Below are positions 23,491 to 33,649 of a stretch of 33,703 nt of DNA, one piece after another (within the stretch, counting starts at the first letter, position 1; the number at the start of each line of letters is the position of its first letter). The notes beneath the pieces are model-generated. The model was not told where the DNA came from. It was given only the letters and a program-made list of their open reading frames with translations, and made no database searches. Location: contig JAGGTC010000067.1 in NCBI GenBank assembly GCA_021163945.1, forward strand, positions 1-33,703, read 5' to 3'. Source of the DNA: Deltaproteobacteria bacterium (GTDB taxonomy: Bacteria > Desulfobacterota > Desulfofervidia > Desulfofervidales > DG-60). A program made the translations under genes and the position numbers.

Positions 23491-23669
23491 AGAGGATCAA
23501 AATAAAATTAGTTAGAAGCAAGATTGGTTGTTCTAAAAAGCAGGCCCTGACCCTAAAGAGTTTAAAGTTAAATAAACTAAATAAGGTAGTAGAACTGCCT
23601 AAAAACCCTCAAATAATGGGTATGATAAGGAAGGTCTCTCATCTGGTAAAGATATTGGAGGAAGAATGA
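23487..23669 (+). CDS. rpmD: 50S ribosomal protein L30
   Basis: 60 aa from TTG 23487 (TTGA overlap with the rpsE stop, gaaggggaaggg upstream): (M)[36 protein letters not shown]. The first 26 codons of the 23409 track ORF are out-of-frame overlap with rpsE and are not L30-like. Confidence 0.9.
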   Translation: MKRIKIKLVRSKIGCSKKQALTLKSLKLNKLNKVVELPKNPQIMGMIRKVSHLVKILEEE

Positions 23670-24106
23670 TCTCTTTAAGTAATTTAAGGCCCCCTCATGG
23701 GGCAATTAAGAGAAAAAAACGTTTGGGTCGTGGTGATTCTTCAGGCCATGGGAGTACATCTGGCCGTGGTCAAAAGGGACAAAAGGCCAGGGCCGGTGGG
23801 AATGTATCACCTTATTTTGAAGGTGGTCAGATGCCCCTCTATCGAAGGCTACCAAAGAGGGGGTTTAAAAATATATTTAAAATAGAATATAGTATCATTA
23901 ACATCAGGGATTTGGCCAAGAGATTTAAGGCATCAGATATAGTAGACCCAGATATTTTAAAGAAAATGGGTTTGATTAAAAAGGGACCTGTAAAGCTATT
24001 AGGTGATGGCGAGATTGATTTTCCTTTGATAGTAAAGGTTGATAAATTTAGTAAGAAGGCAAAGGAGAAGATAGAGGCTGCTGGGGGGAGGGTTGAGGTA
24101 GTTTAA
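23666..24106 (+). CDS. rplO: 50S ribosomal protein L15
   Basis: RLGRGDSSGHGSTSGRGQKGQKARAG...FEGGQMPLYRRLPKRGF. Confidence 0.97.
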   Translation: MISLSNLRPPHGAIKRKKRLGRGDSSGHGSTSGRGQKGQKARAGGNVSPYFEGGQMPLYRRLPKRGFKNIFKIEYSIINIRDLAKRFKASDIVDPDILKKMGLIKKGPVKLLGDGEIDFPLIVKVDKFSKKAKEKIEAAGGRVEVV

Positions 24107-24110
24107 AATT

Positions 24111-25415
24111 ATGCTAGAGGGTTTCCAAAATATACCAAAGATTCCTGAACTTAAGCGTCGTATAATATTTACATTCCTTATGCTGGCCATCTATCGGCTG
24201 GGTATCCATGTGCCAGCCCCGGGTATAGATGTAACAACACTTGCAGCCTTTTTTGCCAAGACAAGAGGAACACTATTTGGTTTGATAGATATGTTCTCAG
24301 GTGGGGCCCTAAGGCGCCTTTCTATATTTGCCCTAGGGATTATGCCCTATATTAGTGCAGCTATTATATTTGAATTGTTGAGGGTTGTTATCCCTTACTT
24401 AGATAGACTCTCCAAAGAGGGGGAGCTTGGCAGGAGGAAGATAATTCAGTATACACGTTATGCCACTATTGGATTGAGCCTTATTCAAGCTTTTTTTATT
24501 AGTATTGGTTTAGAAGGCATGGTATTAGGCGGTATGAGGGTGGTACCAAATCCGGGTTGGGGCTTTCGGTTGCTCACTATGATTACACTTACCTCTGGTA
24601 CGGCATTTCTTATGTGGTTAGGTGAACAGATTACAGAAAAGGGGATTGGCAATGGTATCTCGCTTATCATCTTTGCGGGGATTGTAGCAAATATGCCTAG
24701 TGCAGTAACAAATACCCTTCGGCTAATGAAGACAGGTGAATTGAATGCATTTCTTCTATTGCTTTTAGCGGCCTTAATGGTGGCAGTAGTGGGCATTATT
24801 GTATTTGCAGAGAGGGGACAGAGGCGTATCCCTGTTCAGTATGCCAGAAGGGTAGTAGGGAGACACATTTATGGGGGGCAGAGTACACACCTGCCACTGC
24901 GTATAAACACCTCAGGCGTGATCCCCCCTATCTTTGCCTCTTCTATCATTATGTTTCCTGCAACGGTGGCCCAATTTGTTAAGATCCCTATATTTGAAAA
25001 CATTGTCCAGCTGTTTAATCCTGGTTCTATTATCTATTCTGCTGTCTATGTAGCCCTGATTATCTTCTTTTGTTATTTTTATACAGCCATTATATTTAAT
25101 CCTGTTGATGTAGCAGATAATATGAGAAAATATGGTGGTTATATACCAGGGATCAGACCTGGTCAAAGGACAGCAGATTACATAGACAAGGTTTTAACGA
25201 GATTAACATTTATAGGGGCTATATATGTTTCGGCTATTTGTATATTGCCTACTATATTAATAAAGAAGTTTCATGTCCCATTTTATTTTGGTGGAACAGC
25301 CCTCTTAATTGTAGTAGGTGTAGCCATTGAGACAATTGCCCAGGTAGAGACACATTTAATTACTAGATATTATGAGGGATTTCTTAAAAAGGCAAAGTTT
25401 AAGGGCTATTACTAA
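24111..25415 (+). CDS. secY: Preprotein translocase subunit SecY
   Basis: 434 aa, multi-TM. LFGLIDMFSGGALRRLSIFALGIMPYISAAIIFELL, GISLIIFAGIV, GGYIPGIRPG. Canonical position after rplO. Confidence 0.98.
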   Translation: MLEGFQNIPKIPELKRRIIFTFLMLAIYRLGIHVPAPGIDVTTLAAFFAKTRGTLFGLIDMFSGGALRRLSIFALGIMPYISAAIIFELLRVVIPYLDRLSKEGELGRRKIIQYTRYATIGLSLIQAFFISIGLEGMVLGGMRVVPNPGWGFRLLTMITLTSGTAFLMWLGEQITEKGIGNGISLIIFAGIVANMPSAVTNTLRLMKTGELNAFLLLLLAALMVAVVGIIVFAERGQRRIPVQYARRVVGRHIYGGQSTHLPLRINTSGVIPPIFASSIIMFPATVAQFVKIPIFENIVQLFNPGSIIYSAVYVALIIFFCYFYTAIIFNPVDVADNMRKYGGYIPGIRPGQRTADYIDKVLTRLTFIGAIYVSAICILPTILIKKFHVPFYFGGTALLIVVGVAIETIAQVETHLITRYYEGFLKKAKFKGYY

Positions 25416-25430
25416 AAAAGGAGGTTTATC

Positions 25431-26072
25431 ATGGATCTTATCTTTTTAGGACCCCCAGGGGCTGGCAAAGGGACACAGGCAAAGATGCTTGTTGAGCGTT
25501 ATGGCATTCCTCAGGTTTCAACAGGGGATATCCTGAGGGCGGCCGTGGCAGAGGGGACAGATTTGGGTAAAAAGGCAAAGGAATACATGGAGGCTGGAAA
25601 ATTGGTCCCAGATGAGGTAGTAATTGGTATTATTGAGGAGAGATTAAAACAATCAGATTGTGAAAAAGGTTTTATCCTAGATGGTTTTCCCCGGACTGTA
25701 CCCCAGGCAGAGGCCCTAGATAAGGTATTGGAAAAGATGGGTCGCAAGATAGACCATGTGCTTACCTTAGATGTACCAGAGGAGGAGTTAATTAGGCGAT
25801 TGACAGGCAGGAGAACTTGCAAAAAGTGTGGGGCAATGTATCATATTATCTTTAATCCACCTAAGGCCGAAGGGGTTTGTGACAAATGCGGAGGTGAGTT
25901 ATATCAAAGGCCTGATGACAATGAGGAGACAGTTAGATCCAGACTAAGTGTCTATGAGCAGCAGACAAGTCCCTTAATCGATTTTTATGAGAAAAAAGGG
26001 CTTGTAAGAAAAATTGATGGAAGGGGAGAGATTAAGGAGATATTTGACCAGATTGTAAAGATATTAGAATGA
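25431..26072 (+). CDS. adk: Adenylate kinase (Zn-lid form)
   Basis: P-loop [19 protein letters not shown], and a lid CKKCGAMYH...[14 protein letters not shown]. Confidence 0.98.
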   Translation: MDLIFLGPPGAGKGTQAKMLVERYGIPQVSTGDILRAAVAEGTDLGKKAKEYMEAGKLVPDEVVIGIIEERLKQSDCEKGFILDGFPRTVPQAEALDKVLEKMGRKIDHVLTLDVPEEELIRRLTGRRTCKKCGAMYHIIFNPPKAEGVCDKCGGELYQRPDDNEETVRSRLSVYEQQTSPLIDFYEKKGLVRKIDGRGEIKEIFDQIVKILE

Positions 26073-26815
26073 TTTTTTTGAAGTCTCCCTGGGAAATCGA
26101 AAAAATGCGACGCAGCAATGCTATTGTCGCTGAGATCTTAGAGGCCCTAAGGGAGGCGATAAAACCAGGTATTACTACACTGGAGTTAAATGAGTTAAGT
26201 GAGGAGCTTTGTCTTAAGAAAAAGGTTAGGCCTGCTTTTAAAGGTTATATGGGTTATCCCTTTAGTTTGTGTGTTTCTATAAATGAAGTTGTAGTTCATG
26301 GCCTCCCTTCACAGAGGAGGCTAAAGGAAGGAGATATAGTGAGTTTAGACTTTGGTGTAATCTGTGATGGCTACTATGGAGATGCTGCCATTACTGTGCC
26401 TGTAGGTAGGGTTTCAAAGATGGCTAAAAAACTTATTTCTGTGACAGAAGAGGCCCTTTATAAGGCCATTGAACAGGCAAGACCAAAAAGACACCTATCA
26501 GATATCTCCTTTGCCATTCAAAGGCATGCAGAGGCCCATGGATTTTCAGTAATAAGGCAATTTGTTGGACATGGGATTGGGCGGAGCCTTCACGAAGACC
26601 CCCAGGTACCCAATTTTGGACCACCAGGGCGGGGTGTGAGATTAAAACCTGGTATGGTGATAGCTATTGAGCCCATGGTAGCTGAGGGGACATATGAGGT
26701 TGAAATACTCGAGGATGGTTGGACTGCAGTAACAAAGGATAGAAAATTGGCAGCACACTTTGAACATACAGTAGCCATTACAGAAGATGGACCTCAAATT
26801 TTGTCAAGGGTTTAG
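26069..26815 (+). CDS. map: Methionine aminopeptidase, type I
   Basis: [36 protein letters not shown] and HFEHTVAIT metal-ligand motifs. Confidence 0.97.
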   Translation: MIFLKSPWEIEKMRRSNAIVAEILEALREAIKPGITTLELNELSEELCLKKKVRPAFKGYMGYPFSLCVSINEVVVHGLPSQRRLKEGDIVSLDFGVICDGYYGDAAITVPVGRVSKMAKKLISVTEEALYKAIEQARPKRHLSDISFAIQRHAEAHGFSVIRQFVGHGIGRSLHEDPQVPNFGPPGRGVRLKPGMVIAIEPMVAEGTYEVEILEDGWTAVTKDRKLAAHFEHTVAITEDGPQILSRV

Positions 26816-26817
26816 CT

Positions 26818-27036
26818 ATGCCTAAAGAGGATATGATAGAGGTAGAAGGGAAGGTAATAGAGGCCTTGCCTAATGCTATGTTTAGGGTAGAATTAGATAA
26901 TGGTCATAGGGTCTTGGCCCATGTTGCTGGTAAGCTGAGGATTCACTTTATCAGGATCCTGCCAGGGGATAGGGTAAGGGTGGAGCTTTCTCCCTATGAC
27001 CTAAGTAGGGGGAGGATTACTTATAGAATCAAGTGA
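26818..27036 (+). CDS. infA: Translation initiation factor IF-1
   Basis: 72 aa S1-like fold: [64 protein letters not shown]. Confidence 0.98.
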   Translation: MPKEDMIEVEGKVIEALPNAMFRVELDNGHRVLAHVAGKLRIHFIRILPGDRVRVELSPYDLSRGRITYRIK

Positions 27037-27045
27037 GGGATTTTC

Positions 27046-27159
27046 ATGAAGGTACGTGCCTCGATAAAAAGGATCTGCAATAAGTGTAGAATCATTAAAC
27101 GTAAGGGTACCCTTAGGGTAATTTGTGAAAATCCTAAACACAAGCAAAGACAAAAATAG
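27046..27159 (+). CDS. rpmJ: 50S ribosomal protein L36 (not in the supplied ORF track)
   Basis: My hand translation gives [37 protein letters not shown] (37 aa). It has the CxxC...C...H zinc motif, an SD gtgaggga upstream, and the canonical infA-rpmJ-rpsM position. Confidence 0.93.
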   Translation: MKVRASIKRICNKCRIIKRKGTLRVICENPKHKQRQK

Positions 27160-27168
27160 GGAGGGCAT

Positions 27169-27546
27169 GTGGCTAGGATAGCTGGCGTGGAATTGCCAAG
27201 GGAAAAAAGGATAGAAGTGGCATTGACATATATATTTGGCATTGGACGTAGCTCTGCCCAAAAGATTTTGCAAAAGGCAGGGGTGGACTTTGATTTGAAG
27301 GTAGATCAACTGACAGACAGTGAACTTACCAAGATTAGACAGATTATTGATAAGGAATATAAGGTAGAAGGGGACTTAAAAAGGGAGATCAGTACTAATA
27401 TTAAACGCCTTATAGATATAGGTTGTTATAGAGGGATGAGGCATGTAAGGGGGCTGCCTGTCCGTGGACAGAGGACAAGAACCAATGCCCGTACAAGAAA
27501 AGGGCCTCGTGGTTCTGTCTTAGGAAGACGTAAGAAGAGGGGCTAA
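27169..27546 (+). CDS. rpsM: 30S ribosomal protein S13
   Basis: GTG start after agggaggg. [25 protein letters not shown]...[19 protein letters not shown]. Confidence 0.97.
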   Translation: MARIAGVELPREKRIEVALTYIFGIGRSSAQKILQKAGVDFDLKVDQLTDSELTKIRQIIDKEYKVEGDLKREISTNIKRLIDIGCYRGMRHVRGLPVRGQRTRTNARTRKGPRGSVLGRRKKRG

Positions 27547-27935
27547 TGGCAAGAAAGGGCAAAAGGAAGAAAAAAAAGGAAAAAAAGATCGTAGGAGAGG
27601 GGATAGTTCATATTCAGGCTACATTTAATAATACTATTGTTACTGTCTCTGATAAACAAGGTAATACTATTGTCTGGTCAAGCAGTGGGGTGAAGGGCTT
27701 TAAAGGCTCCAGAAAGAGTACACCATTTGCAGCGCAAATGGCAGCACAGGATGCGGCAAAAAAGGCCATGGAATATGGAATGAAGCGTGTAGAGATCTAT
27801 GTAAAAGGCCCAGGCGCTGGCCGTGAAGCGGCCATAAGGGCCATTAGAAATGCTGGCCTCAAGGTGACACTGATAAAGGATGTTACTCCGATTCCGCACA
27901 ATGGATGTCGTCCCCCAAAGAGAAGGAGGGTTTAG
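27546..27935 (+). CDS. rpsK: 30S ribosomal protein S11
   Basis: [21 protein letters not shown]...[21 protein letters not shown]...[18 protein letters not shown] overlap with rpsM. Confidence 0.98.
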   Translation: MARKGKRKKKKEKKIVGEGIVHIQATFNNTIVTVSDKQGNTIVWSSSGVKGFKGSRKSTPFAAQMAAQDAAKKAMEYGMKRVEIYVKGPGAGREAAIRAIRNAGLKVTLIKDVTPIPHNGCRPPKRRRV

Positions 27936-27947
27936 GAGGTAAAAGAA

Positions 27948-28574
27948 TTGGCAAGATACAAAGGGGCACTTTGTCGTTTGTGTCGAAGAGAGGGGATTAA
28001 ATTATTTCTAAAGGGAGATAGGTGTTATACGGATAAGTGCGCCTTGGAGAGAAGGCCTTATCCCCCAGGTCAACATGGCCAGAGGAGGGTGAAGATTACT
28101 GAATATAGCTTACTGCTGAGAGAGAAACAAAAATTAAAGAGGATATATGGGCTATTGGAGACCCAATTTCGGCATTACTTTGATAAGGCAGAAAAAGGGA
28201 AGGGTATAACGGGTGAAAAGTTATTAATTTTGTTAGAAAGGAGATTGGATAATGTTGTCTATAGAATGGGTTTTGCCAATTCTCGCAATCAGGCAAGGCA
28301 ATTGGTGAGGCATGGACATATTATGGTCAATGATAAAAAGGTAGATATTCCTTCTTATTTAGTAAATGTGGGGGATGTGATTAAAGTAAGGGATAAAAGC
28401 CGCAATATCTTGTTTATAAAAGAGGCTATGGAGGCAGTGGCTAGAAGGGGGATCCCTACCTGGTTAGAGGTAAGCAAGGAGAAATTTGAAGGTAAAGTAA
28501 GGACATTGCCTACGCGGGATCAAATAGATATCCCAGTGAAAGAACAGCCAATTGTTGAATTTTATTCTAAGTAG
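27948..28574 (+). CDS. rpsD: 30S ribosomal protein S4 (Cys4 N-terminus)
   Basis: TTG start after taggagg. [31 protein letters not shown], and an S4 domain [33 protein letters not shown]. Confidence 0.97.
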   Translation: MARYKGALCRLCRREGIKLFLKGDRCYTDKCALERRPYPPGQHGQRRVKITEYSLLLREKQKLKRIYGLLETQFRHYFDKAEKGKGITGEKLLILLERRLDNVVYRMGFANSRNQARQLVRHGHIMVNDKKVDIPSYLVNVGDVIKVRDKSRNILFIKEAMEAVARRGIPTWLEVSKEKFEGKVRTLPTRDQIDIPVKEQPIVEFYSK

Positions 28575-28586
28575 GGGTTTTTTGTT

Positions 28587-29618
28587 ATGGCCAAAAAAGG
28601 ATGGATAGAGGTAATTAAACCTGATAAATTGGAGATAGAAGAGGATAGTCATACACCCTTTTATGGAAAATTTATATGCAAACCCCTAGAAAAGGGCTTT
28701 GGTATTACCATTGGCAATGCCTTAAGAAGGGTTTTGCTTTCTTCTATCCCAGGGGCAGCCATTGTTTCTGTCAAAATTGATGGAGTTTCCCATGAATTTT
28801 CTACTATTCCTGGTGTATTAGAGGATGTTACTGAGATCATCCTCAATCTTAAACAGGTAAGGTTAAAGTTGTATAGTGAATCACCTTGCACGGTCCGCAT
28901 TGAGAAAGAAGGAGAGGGTGAGGTAAAGGCAGGTGATATTATCACTGGCGGTTTAGTGGAGGTTATGAATCCAAATCATCATATTGCTACCCTGACAAAG
29001 GATGGGCGTTTGCGGATGGAGATGGTTGTGAAGATGGGGAAGGGATATGTACCTGCAGAGAGGAATGTAGAAGAGGAACAACCAATTGGTGTAATTCCTA
29101 CAGATGCAATCTTTTCTCCTGTTAAAAAGGTGAACTTTGTGGTAAGAAATACAAGGGTGGGACAGATCACTGATTATGATAAACTTATTTTAGAGGTTTG
29201 GACAGACGGGACGATCACACCTGAGGACGCAATAGCTGAGGGTGCCAAAATATTAAGAGAACAGTTAGACATTTTTATAAGAGGTAAAGAAGATGAAAGA
29301 GAAGAAGAGGTAGAGCAAAAGGCAGAGGGGGAGGAAGAGGATCTCTCCCTAAATGAAAATCTTTATAAGAGTGTTGATGAGTTGGAGTTATCTGTAAGGG
29401 CATTAAATTGTCTTAAAAATGCAAATATCTTTACAATTGGGGAATTGGTTCAAAAATCGGATAGTGAGATGCTAAAGACAAAAAATTTTGGACGTAAATC
29501 TTTAAATGAAATAAAGACAGTTTTGGCTCAAATGGGATTAGGGTTGGGTATGAAGTTAAAAAACTTTCCCAATCCAAAAATGCTTGAAAAATTGAAGAAA
29601 CAGGGTCATGAGGCATAG
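28587..29618 (+). CDS. rpoA: DNA-directed RNA polymerase subunit alpha
   Basis: [25 protein letters not shown], an acidic linker, and [26 protein letters not shown]...[11 protein letters not shown]. Confidence 0.98.
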   Translation: MAKKGWIEVIKPDKLEIEEDSHTPFYGKFICKPLEKGFGITIGNALRRVLLSSIPGAAIVSVKIDGVSHEFSTIPGVLEDVTEIILNLKQVRLKLYSESPCTVRIEKEGEGEVKAGDIITGGLVEVMNPNHHIATLTKDGRLRMEMVVKMGKGYVPAERNVEEEQPIGVIPTDAIFSPVKKVNFVVRNTRVGQITDYDKLILEVWTDGTITPEDAIAEGAKILREQLDIFIRGKEDEREEEVEQKAEGEEEDLSLNENLYKSVDELELSVRALNCLKNANIFTIGELVQKSDSEMLKTKNFGRKSLNEIKTVLAQMGLGLGMKLKNFPNPKMLEKLKKQGHEA

Positions 29619-29961
29619 AAATTCAGGAAGAAAGCTAAATAGGACCACCAGCCATCGCTTGGCCATGTTAAAAAACATGGTGACCTCCTTATTAAGGCAT
29701 GAGCGTATAGAGACTACTGAGGCTAAGGCAAAGGAGGTAAGGCGTCTGGCGGAGAAATTGATTACCTTGAGTAAGCGGGGTGATTTGTCTGCACGGCGTC
29801 GGGCATTTAGGATAATTCGAGACAAAAAGGTATTAAAAAAGCTATTTAATGAGATTAAAAATCGTTATCAGAATGTAAATGGAGGTTACACAAGGATTAT
29901 AAAAATAGGAGTTCGTAGAGGAGATGGGGCTCATAAGGCACTAATAGAATTAGTGAGGTGA
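29608..29961 (+). CDS. rplQ: 50S ribosomal protein L17
   Basis: [37 protein letters not shown]...GGYTRIIK. 11-nt overlap with the rpoA 3' end. Confidence 0.97.
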   Translation: MRHRNSGRKLNRTTSHRLAMLKNMVTSLLRHERIETTEAKAKEVRRLAEKLITLSKRGDLSARRRAFRIIRDKKVLKKLFNEIKNRYQNVNGGYTRIIKIGVRRGDGAHKALIELVR

Positions 29962-29966
29962 ATTTC

Positions 29967-29995
29967 TTGACTTGTGAGAATTTAAAAATTATAAT
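29967..29995 (+). promoter_or_regulatory. Near-consensus sigma70-type promoter for rpsU-dnaG-rpoD: TTGACT-17 nt-TATAAT
   Basis: TTGACT at 29967-29972, exactly 17 nt of spacer, then TATAAT at 29990-29995. It lies in the 63-nt gap after rplQ, and the SD aaggggga precedes the rpsU ATG at 30025. Confidence 0.7.
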
Positions 29996-30024
29996 CAGTG
30001 TCTTGAAAGGGGGAATATTTAATA

Positions 30025-30225
30025 ATGAGTGGGGTAAGGGTAGAGCCAGATGAGCCCTTTGAAATGGCCCTTAAGCGTTTTAAAAGGGAAGTAGAGAGAG
30101 AGGGCATTCTTTCTGAGTTAAAAAAACGTCAATTTTATGAAAAGCCAAGTGTGCGTAGGAAGAAAAAGGCCGTGGCGGCACGTAAGAGGCTATTAAAACG
30201 GATGAAACGCCTTGGTCTTCTCTAG
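30025..30225 (+). CDS. rpsU: 30S ribosomal protein S21
   Basis: 66 aa: [44 protein letters not shown]. Confidence 0.96.
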   Translation: MSGVRVEPDEPFEMALKRFKREVEREGILSELKKRQFYEKPSVRRKKKAVAARKRLLKRMKRLGLL

Positions 30226-30249
30226 CTATGGACCCTAGTATCAGGTTTG

Positions 30250-30296
30250 TGAATTCCAAATTCTAATGACCAGAATCTGGAATTTAGTCATTTTTT
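30250..30296 (+). terminator. Long hairpin plus T-run between rpsU and dnaG; putative partial terminator or attenuator
   Basis: Stem 30252-30264 (aattccaaattct) pairs with 30272-30284 (agaatctggaatt) at 12 of 13 positions, around a 7-nt loop. It can be extended by G.U and U-A pairs. TTTTTT at 30291-30296 starts 4 nt after the extended stem, which is not a canonical immediate U-tract. Confidence 0.4.
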
Positions 30297-30300
30297 ATTG

Positions 30301-32058
30301 ATGGCTATCCCTCACGATAAGATAGAAGAAATAAGAAATATAGCCAATATCGTAGAGATTGTAGGAGAATATATACCCTTAAAAAAAATAGGCAAAAATT
30401 ATGTAGGTCTATGTCCCTTCCATAATGAGACGAGCCCTTCATTTACTGTAAGTGAAGAAAAGCAGATTTTCCATTGTTTTGGCTGTGGCATTGGGGGAAA
30501 TGTATTTCATTTTCTTATGAGGTATCGGCAGTGCTCCTTTAGGGAGGCAGTAGAGGAGGTAGCAAACCGCTATGGTCTATCCCTGCCCAAAACAAAAATG
30601 ACACCCAAAGAAGAAGAGGCCTATCATTTAAAAAAGGATATTCTTACAATCAATGAACAGGCAGCGAGATTTTATCATCAATACCTCACTGAAGAAAAAG
30701 ATGCAGAGAGGGCTAGGGAGTATTTAAGGGCAAGGGGGATTGGGAGAGATACTATCTCTGATTATATGCTGGGGTATGCCCCATCTAGGTGGGATGCCCT
30801 AACTCAGTTTCTTCAAAGGAAGGGGGTTTCTACTGCACTAGCCATTCAAGGTGGGCTCCTTATAGAGAGAGAAGACGGGGGGGTCTATGACCGCTTTAGG
30901 GATCGTATTATCTTTCCTATATTTGATCCTAGAGACAGGGTGATTGCGTTTGGGGGGAGGGTTTTAGGTGATGGTCTGCCCAAATATATAAACTCTCCAG
31001 AGACACCTGTTTATCAAAAGGGTTTTTGCCTTTATGGGGTAAATGTAGCCAAAGTGTGGTCACAAAAAGAGGGGAAGGTAATCTTAGTAGAGGGTTATTT
31101 TGATCTACTAAGTCTACATGCCAGGGGTATAAGGTATGCTGTAGCAAGTTTGGGGACAGCGCTGACACCTGCTCAAGTGAGGCTTTTAAAGAGGCTTAGT
31201 CCGCACATTATCTTGATTTATGATGGAGATGCCGCTGGAAAAAAGGCAGCCAAAAGGAGCATTCCACTCTTTTTAAAGGAAGATATCTTAGTGGATATAG
31301 CCCTTTTGCCAGAAGGCCAAGATCCAGATAGTTTTATATCCCAAGTAGGTAAGGAGGGTTTTTTAAATCTTTTATCACAGGCAAAGCCATTAATTGATTG
31401 GTATTTGGCCAGTGGAGAGGAGGAGACTAGAGACAATTTTGAGAGACGTTATCAATTTTTACAAGAGGCCTCAAATGTGATTTTTCAATTCAAAAATCCA
31501 TTTAAGAAATCCCATTATATAGGTAAATTATGTCAACTATTTCATGTGGACCAGGCCCTGATTCAAGACCTACATAAAAATTCGAGAGATATCTCTTTAG
31601 GTAGTGACCTCCTAGCAGCTTTTTTGAACTCTTTGACCCCTGATGAGCGGTTTCAATTGAAAACAATAAGGTACCTCTTTAGTTATCCTCAAATGGTGCA
31701 TGAGTTTGCAAGGGAAAATGCCTTTAAAGAGATTGTCCATCCCTTATTTAGACAGCTTCTAGACCTTATATGTGAAATCTATGAGAGGAAAAATGAGTTA
31801 AGTTTAAGTGAGCTGTTATTAAATACACAGGAGGACATAATAAAGTCCTTAATTACTAAGTGGGCAATAGAGACTTCACCTTTTAAGTTAGAGGATGGGT
31901 ATGAGATCCTTAGGGCCATAAAACAAAAACGGCTAAAAAGGGAGAGGCAGAAGATTTTAACAAAGATAAAAGATGCCGAAGAGCGTAAGGACTTTTCAGA
32001 GGTATTAGAGCTTTTGAAGGAAGAAAAAAGGTTGATTAAACAGACCGAGGCTGTTTAG
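30301..32058 (+). CDS. dnaG: DNA primase
   Basis: Zinc-binding [13 protein letters not shown]...[16 protein letters not shown]-pol core, [14 protein letters not shown]...[12 protein letters not shown], and a C-terminal helicase-interaction region. ATG 30301 (track TTG 30298 is the alternative). No recognisable SD. Confidence 0.96.
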   Translation: MAIPHDKIEEIRNIANIVEIVGEYIPLKKIGKNYVGLCPFHNETSPSFTVSEEKQIFHCFGCGIGGNVFHFLMRYRQCSFREAVEEVANRYGLSLPKTKMTPKEEEAYHLKKDILTINEQAARFYHQYLTEEKDAERAREYLRARGIGRDTISDYMLGYAPSRWDALTQFLQRKGVSTALAIQGGLLIEREDGGVYDRFRDRIIFPIFDPRDRVIAFGGRVLGDGLPKYINSPETPVYQKGFCLYGVNVAKVWSQKEGKVILVEGYFDLLSLHARGIRYAVASLGTALTPAQVRLLKRLSPHIILIYDGDAAGKKAAKRSIPLFLKEDILVDIALLPEGQDPDSFISQVGKEGFLNLLSQAKPLIDWYLASGEEETRDNFERRYQFLQEASNVIFQFKNPFKKSHYIGKLCQLFHVDQALIQDLHKNSRDISLGSDLLAAFLNSLTPDERFQLKTIRYLFSYPQMVHEFARENAFKEIVHPLFRQLLDLICEIYERKNELSLSELLLNTQEDIIKSLITKWAIETSPFKLEDGYEILRAIKQKRLKRERQKILTKIKDAEERKDFSEVLELLKEEKRLIKQTEAV

Positions 32059-32068
32059 GAGGTATCCT

Positions 32069-33613
32069 ATGGAAGATACAAAGGATATTAAGGAGATAAG
32101 GAAACTTATCTCATTGGGGAAGGAAAGGGGATATCTTACCTATAATGAAATTACTGAGGCCTTACCAGAGGAATTTATGGCCGAGAGGATGGATGATGTG
32201 ATTATGATCTTTAATGAAATGGATATAGATATTGTGGAGGATGATAAAAAACAAATAAAGGGTGAAGATTTAAATAAGACAAAGATAGTTATAGAAGAAG
32301 AGGAAGGGGGTCGCTTTGTTGACCCAGTGAGACTTTACTTAAGGGAAATGGGGGCAGTGCCTTTATTGAGCAGGGAAGAAGAGGTAGAAATTGCCAGGGT
32401 AATAGAGGAGGGCGAGGAGAGGATATTAGATGCGTTATTTGATTCCATTATAGGAATAAAGGAGCTTATTAAGATTGGACAAAGATTGAAAAGAGGGGAG
32501 GTAAATATAAGGGATGTAGTTAGGGATCTGGACGAAGAGGATCTAGAACAGGAAGAAGAGAGAAAAAGATTGGTAATTAATCTATTGGAGGAAGTGGCCC
32601 TAATAGAGAAGGAAAATTTAATCTTACGCCGTATGCTTGCCAAAACTTCAAACAAGGGGAGTAGGAGGAGGCTAAGAAAGAGGTTTTTAAACAACAAATC
32701 ACATATTTGCTATCTTTTAAAGAAGATAAAGTTAGATAAAAGGCAGATTGATTATATTGTAAGCAAATTAAAGTTGATCTTGGCACAAGTGAGGGGAAAG
32801 AGGACTACACTTAAGGTAGAGGGAAAATTGGAATTGCCTGTGGGAAGATTGGACAATATCTTAAAAAAGATAAGGGAAGGTGAAGAGAAGATCCGCTGGG
32901 CCAAAAATCAGTTGGTTAAGGCAAATTTGCGTTTAGTGGTAAGCATTGCAAAAAAGTACACCAATCGTGGACTACAATTTTTGGATTTGATTCAAGAAGG
33001 CAATATAGGCTTAATGAAGGCTGTAGATAAATTTGATTATCACCGTGGGTATAAGTTTAGCACCTATGCCACTTGGTGGATCAGACAGGCCATTACGAGG
33101 GCCATTGCGGACCAGGCCAGAATCATTCGTATACCTGTCCATATGCTTGAGACTATAAATAGATTGGCCAAGGTAGTACGCTATTATATTCAAGAGAATG
33201 GAGAGGAACCCACGCCCCAAGAGATTGCTGATAGATTGGGCTTTAGCATAGAAAAGGTGAATAAGATATTAAGGATTGTAAAGGAGCCCATATCGCTTGA
33301 GATGCCTATTGGCGAGGAAGACAGCCCATTAGTAGATTTTATTGAAGACAAAAGGATATTACCTCCAGATGAAGTGGCGATCAGGATTGATTTGGCACAT
33401 CAAGCAAGAAAAATGCTCTCTACATTGGCCCCTCGGGAGGAAAAGGTGTTGCGTATGAGATTTGGCATTGGGGAGAAATCTGATCATACCTTAGAAGAAG
33501 TGGGGAGGTATTTTTCGGTAACCCGTGAAAGGATTAGGCAAATAGAGGCCAAGGCATTGAGGAAGTTAAGGCATCCTAGTAGAAGCAGATTGTTAAAAGG
33601 GTTTTTGGACTAG
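32069..33613 (+). CDS. rpoD: RNA polymerase primary sigma factor (sigma-70 / RpoD)
   Basis: Region 1.2 [11 protein letters not shown]; region 2 [58 protein letters not shown]; region 4.2 [29 protein letters not shown]. Confidence 0.98.
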   Translation: MEDTKDIKEIRKLISLGKERGYLTYNEITEALPEEFMAERMDDVIMIFNEMDIDIVEDDKKQIKGEDLNKTKIVIEEEEGGRFVDPVRLYLREMGAVPLLSREEEVEIARVIEEGEERILDALFDSIIGIKELIKIGQRLKRGEVNIRDVVRDLDEEDLEQEEERKRLVINLLEEVALIEKENLILRRMLAKTSNKGSRRRLRKRFLNNKSHICYLLKKIKLDKRQIDYIVSKLKLILAQVRGKRTTLKVEGKLELPVGRLDNILKKIREGEEKIRWAKNQLVKANLRLVVSIAKKYTNRGLQFLDLIQEGNIGLMKAVDKFDYHRGYKFSTYATWWIRQAITRAIADQARIIRIPVHMLETINRLAKVVRYYIQENGEEPTPQEIADRLGFSIEKVNKILRIVKEPISLEMPIGEEDSPLVDFIEDKRILPPDEVAIRIDLAHQARKMLSTLAPREEKVLRMRFGIGEKSDHTLEEVGRYFSVTRERIRQIEAKALRKLRHPSRSRLLKGFLD

Positions 33614-33641
33614 TTGACAAAGATGGTATTCATTGTATTAT
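33614..33641 (+). promoter_or_regulatory. Candidate sigma70-type promoter for the downstream tRNA: TTGACA-16 nt-TATTAT
   Basis: TTGACA at 33614-33619 starts the base after the rpoD TAG. TATTAT lies at 33636-33641. The predicted start site is within a few nt of the mature tRNA 5' end at 33650. Confidence 0.55.
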
Positions 33642-33649
33642 TAAGACAC

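Noticed and set aside
27570-27586. A8 and A7 runs at the start of rpsK, and the A8 run at the rplJ 3' end (2586-2593), as programmed slippage sites
   Set aside because: They encode the expected Lys-rich N-terminal tail of S11 and the rplL SD region. The reading frames are intact and no alternative-frame product is evident.
30265-30296. An alternative hairpin aatgac(30265-30270)/gtcatt(30287-30292) followed directly by Us, as a canonical intrinsic terminator competing with the main hairpin
   Set aside because: It has only 6 A/U-rich base pairs closing a 16-nt loop. That is too weak to be credible, especially in a likely thermophile. It is mentioned only as a conceivable alternative fold.
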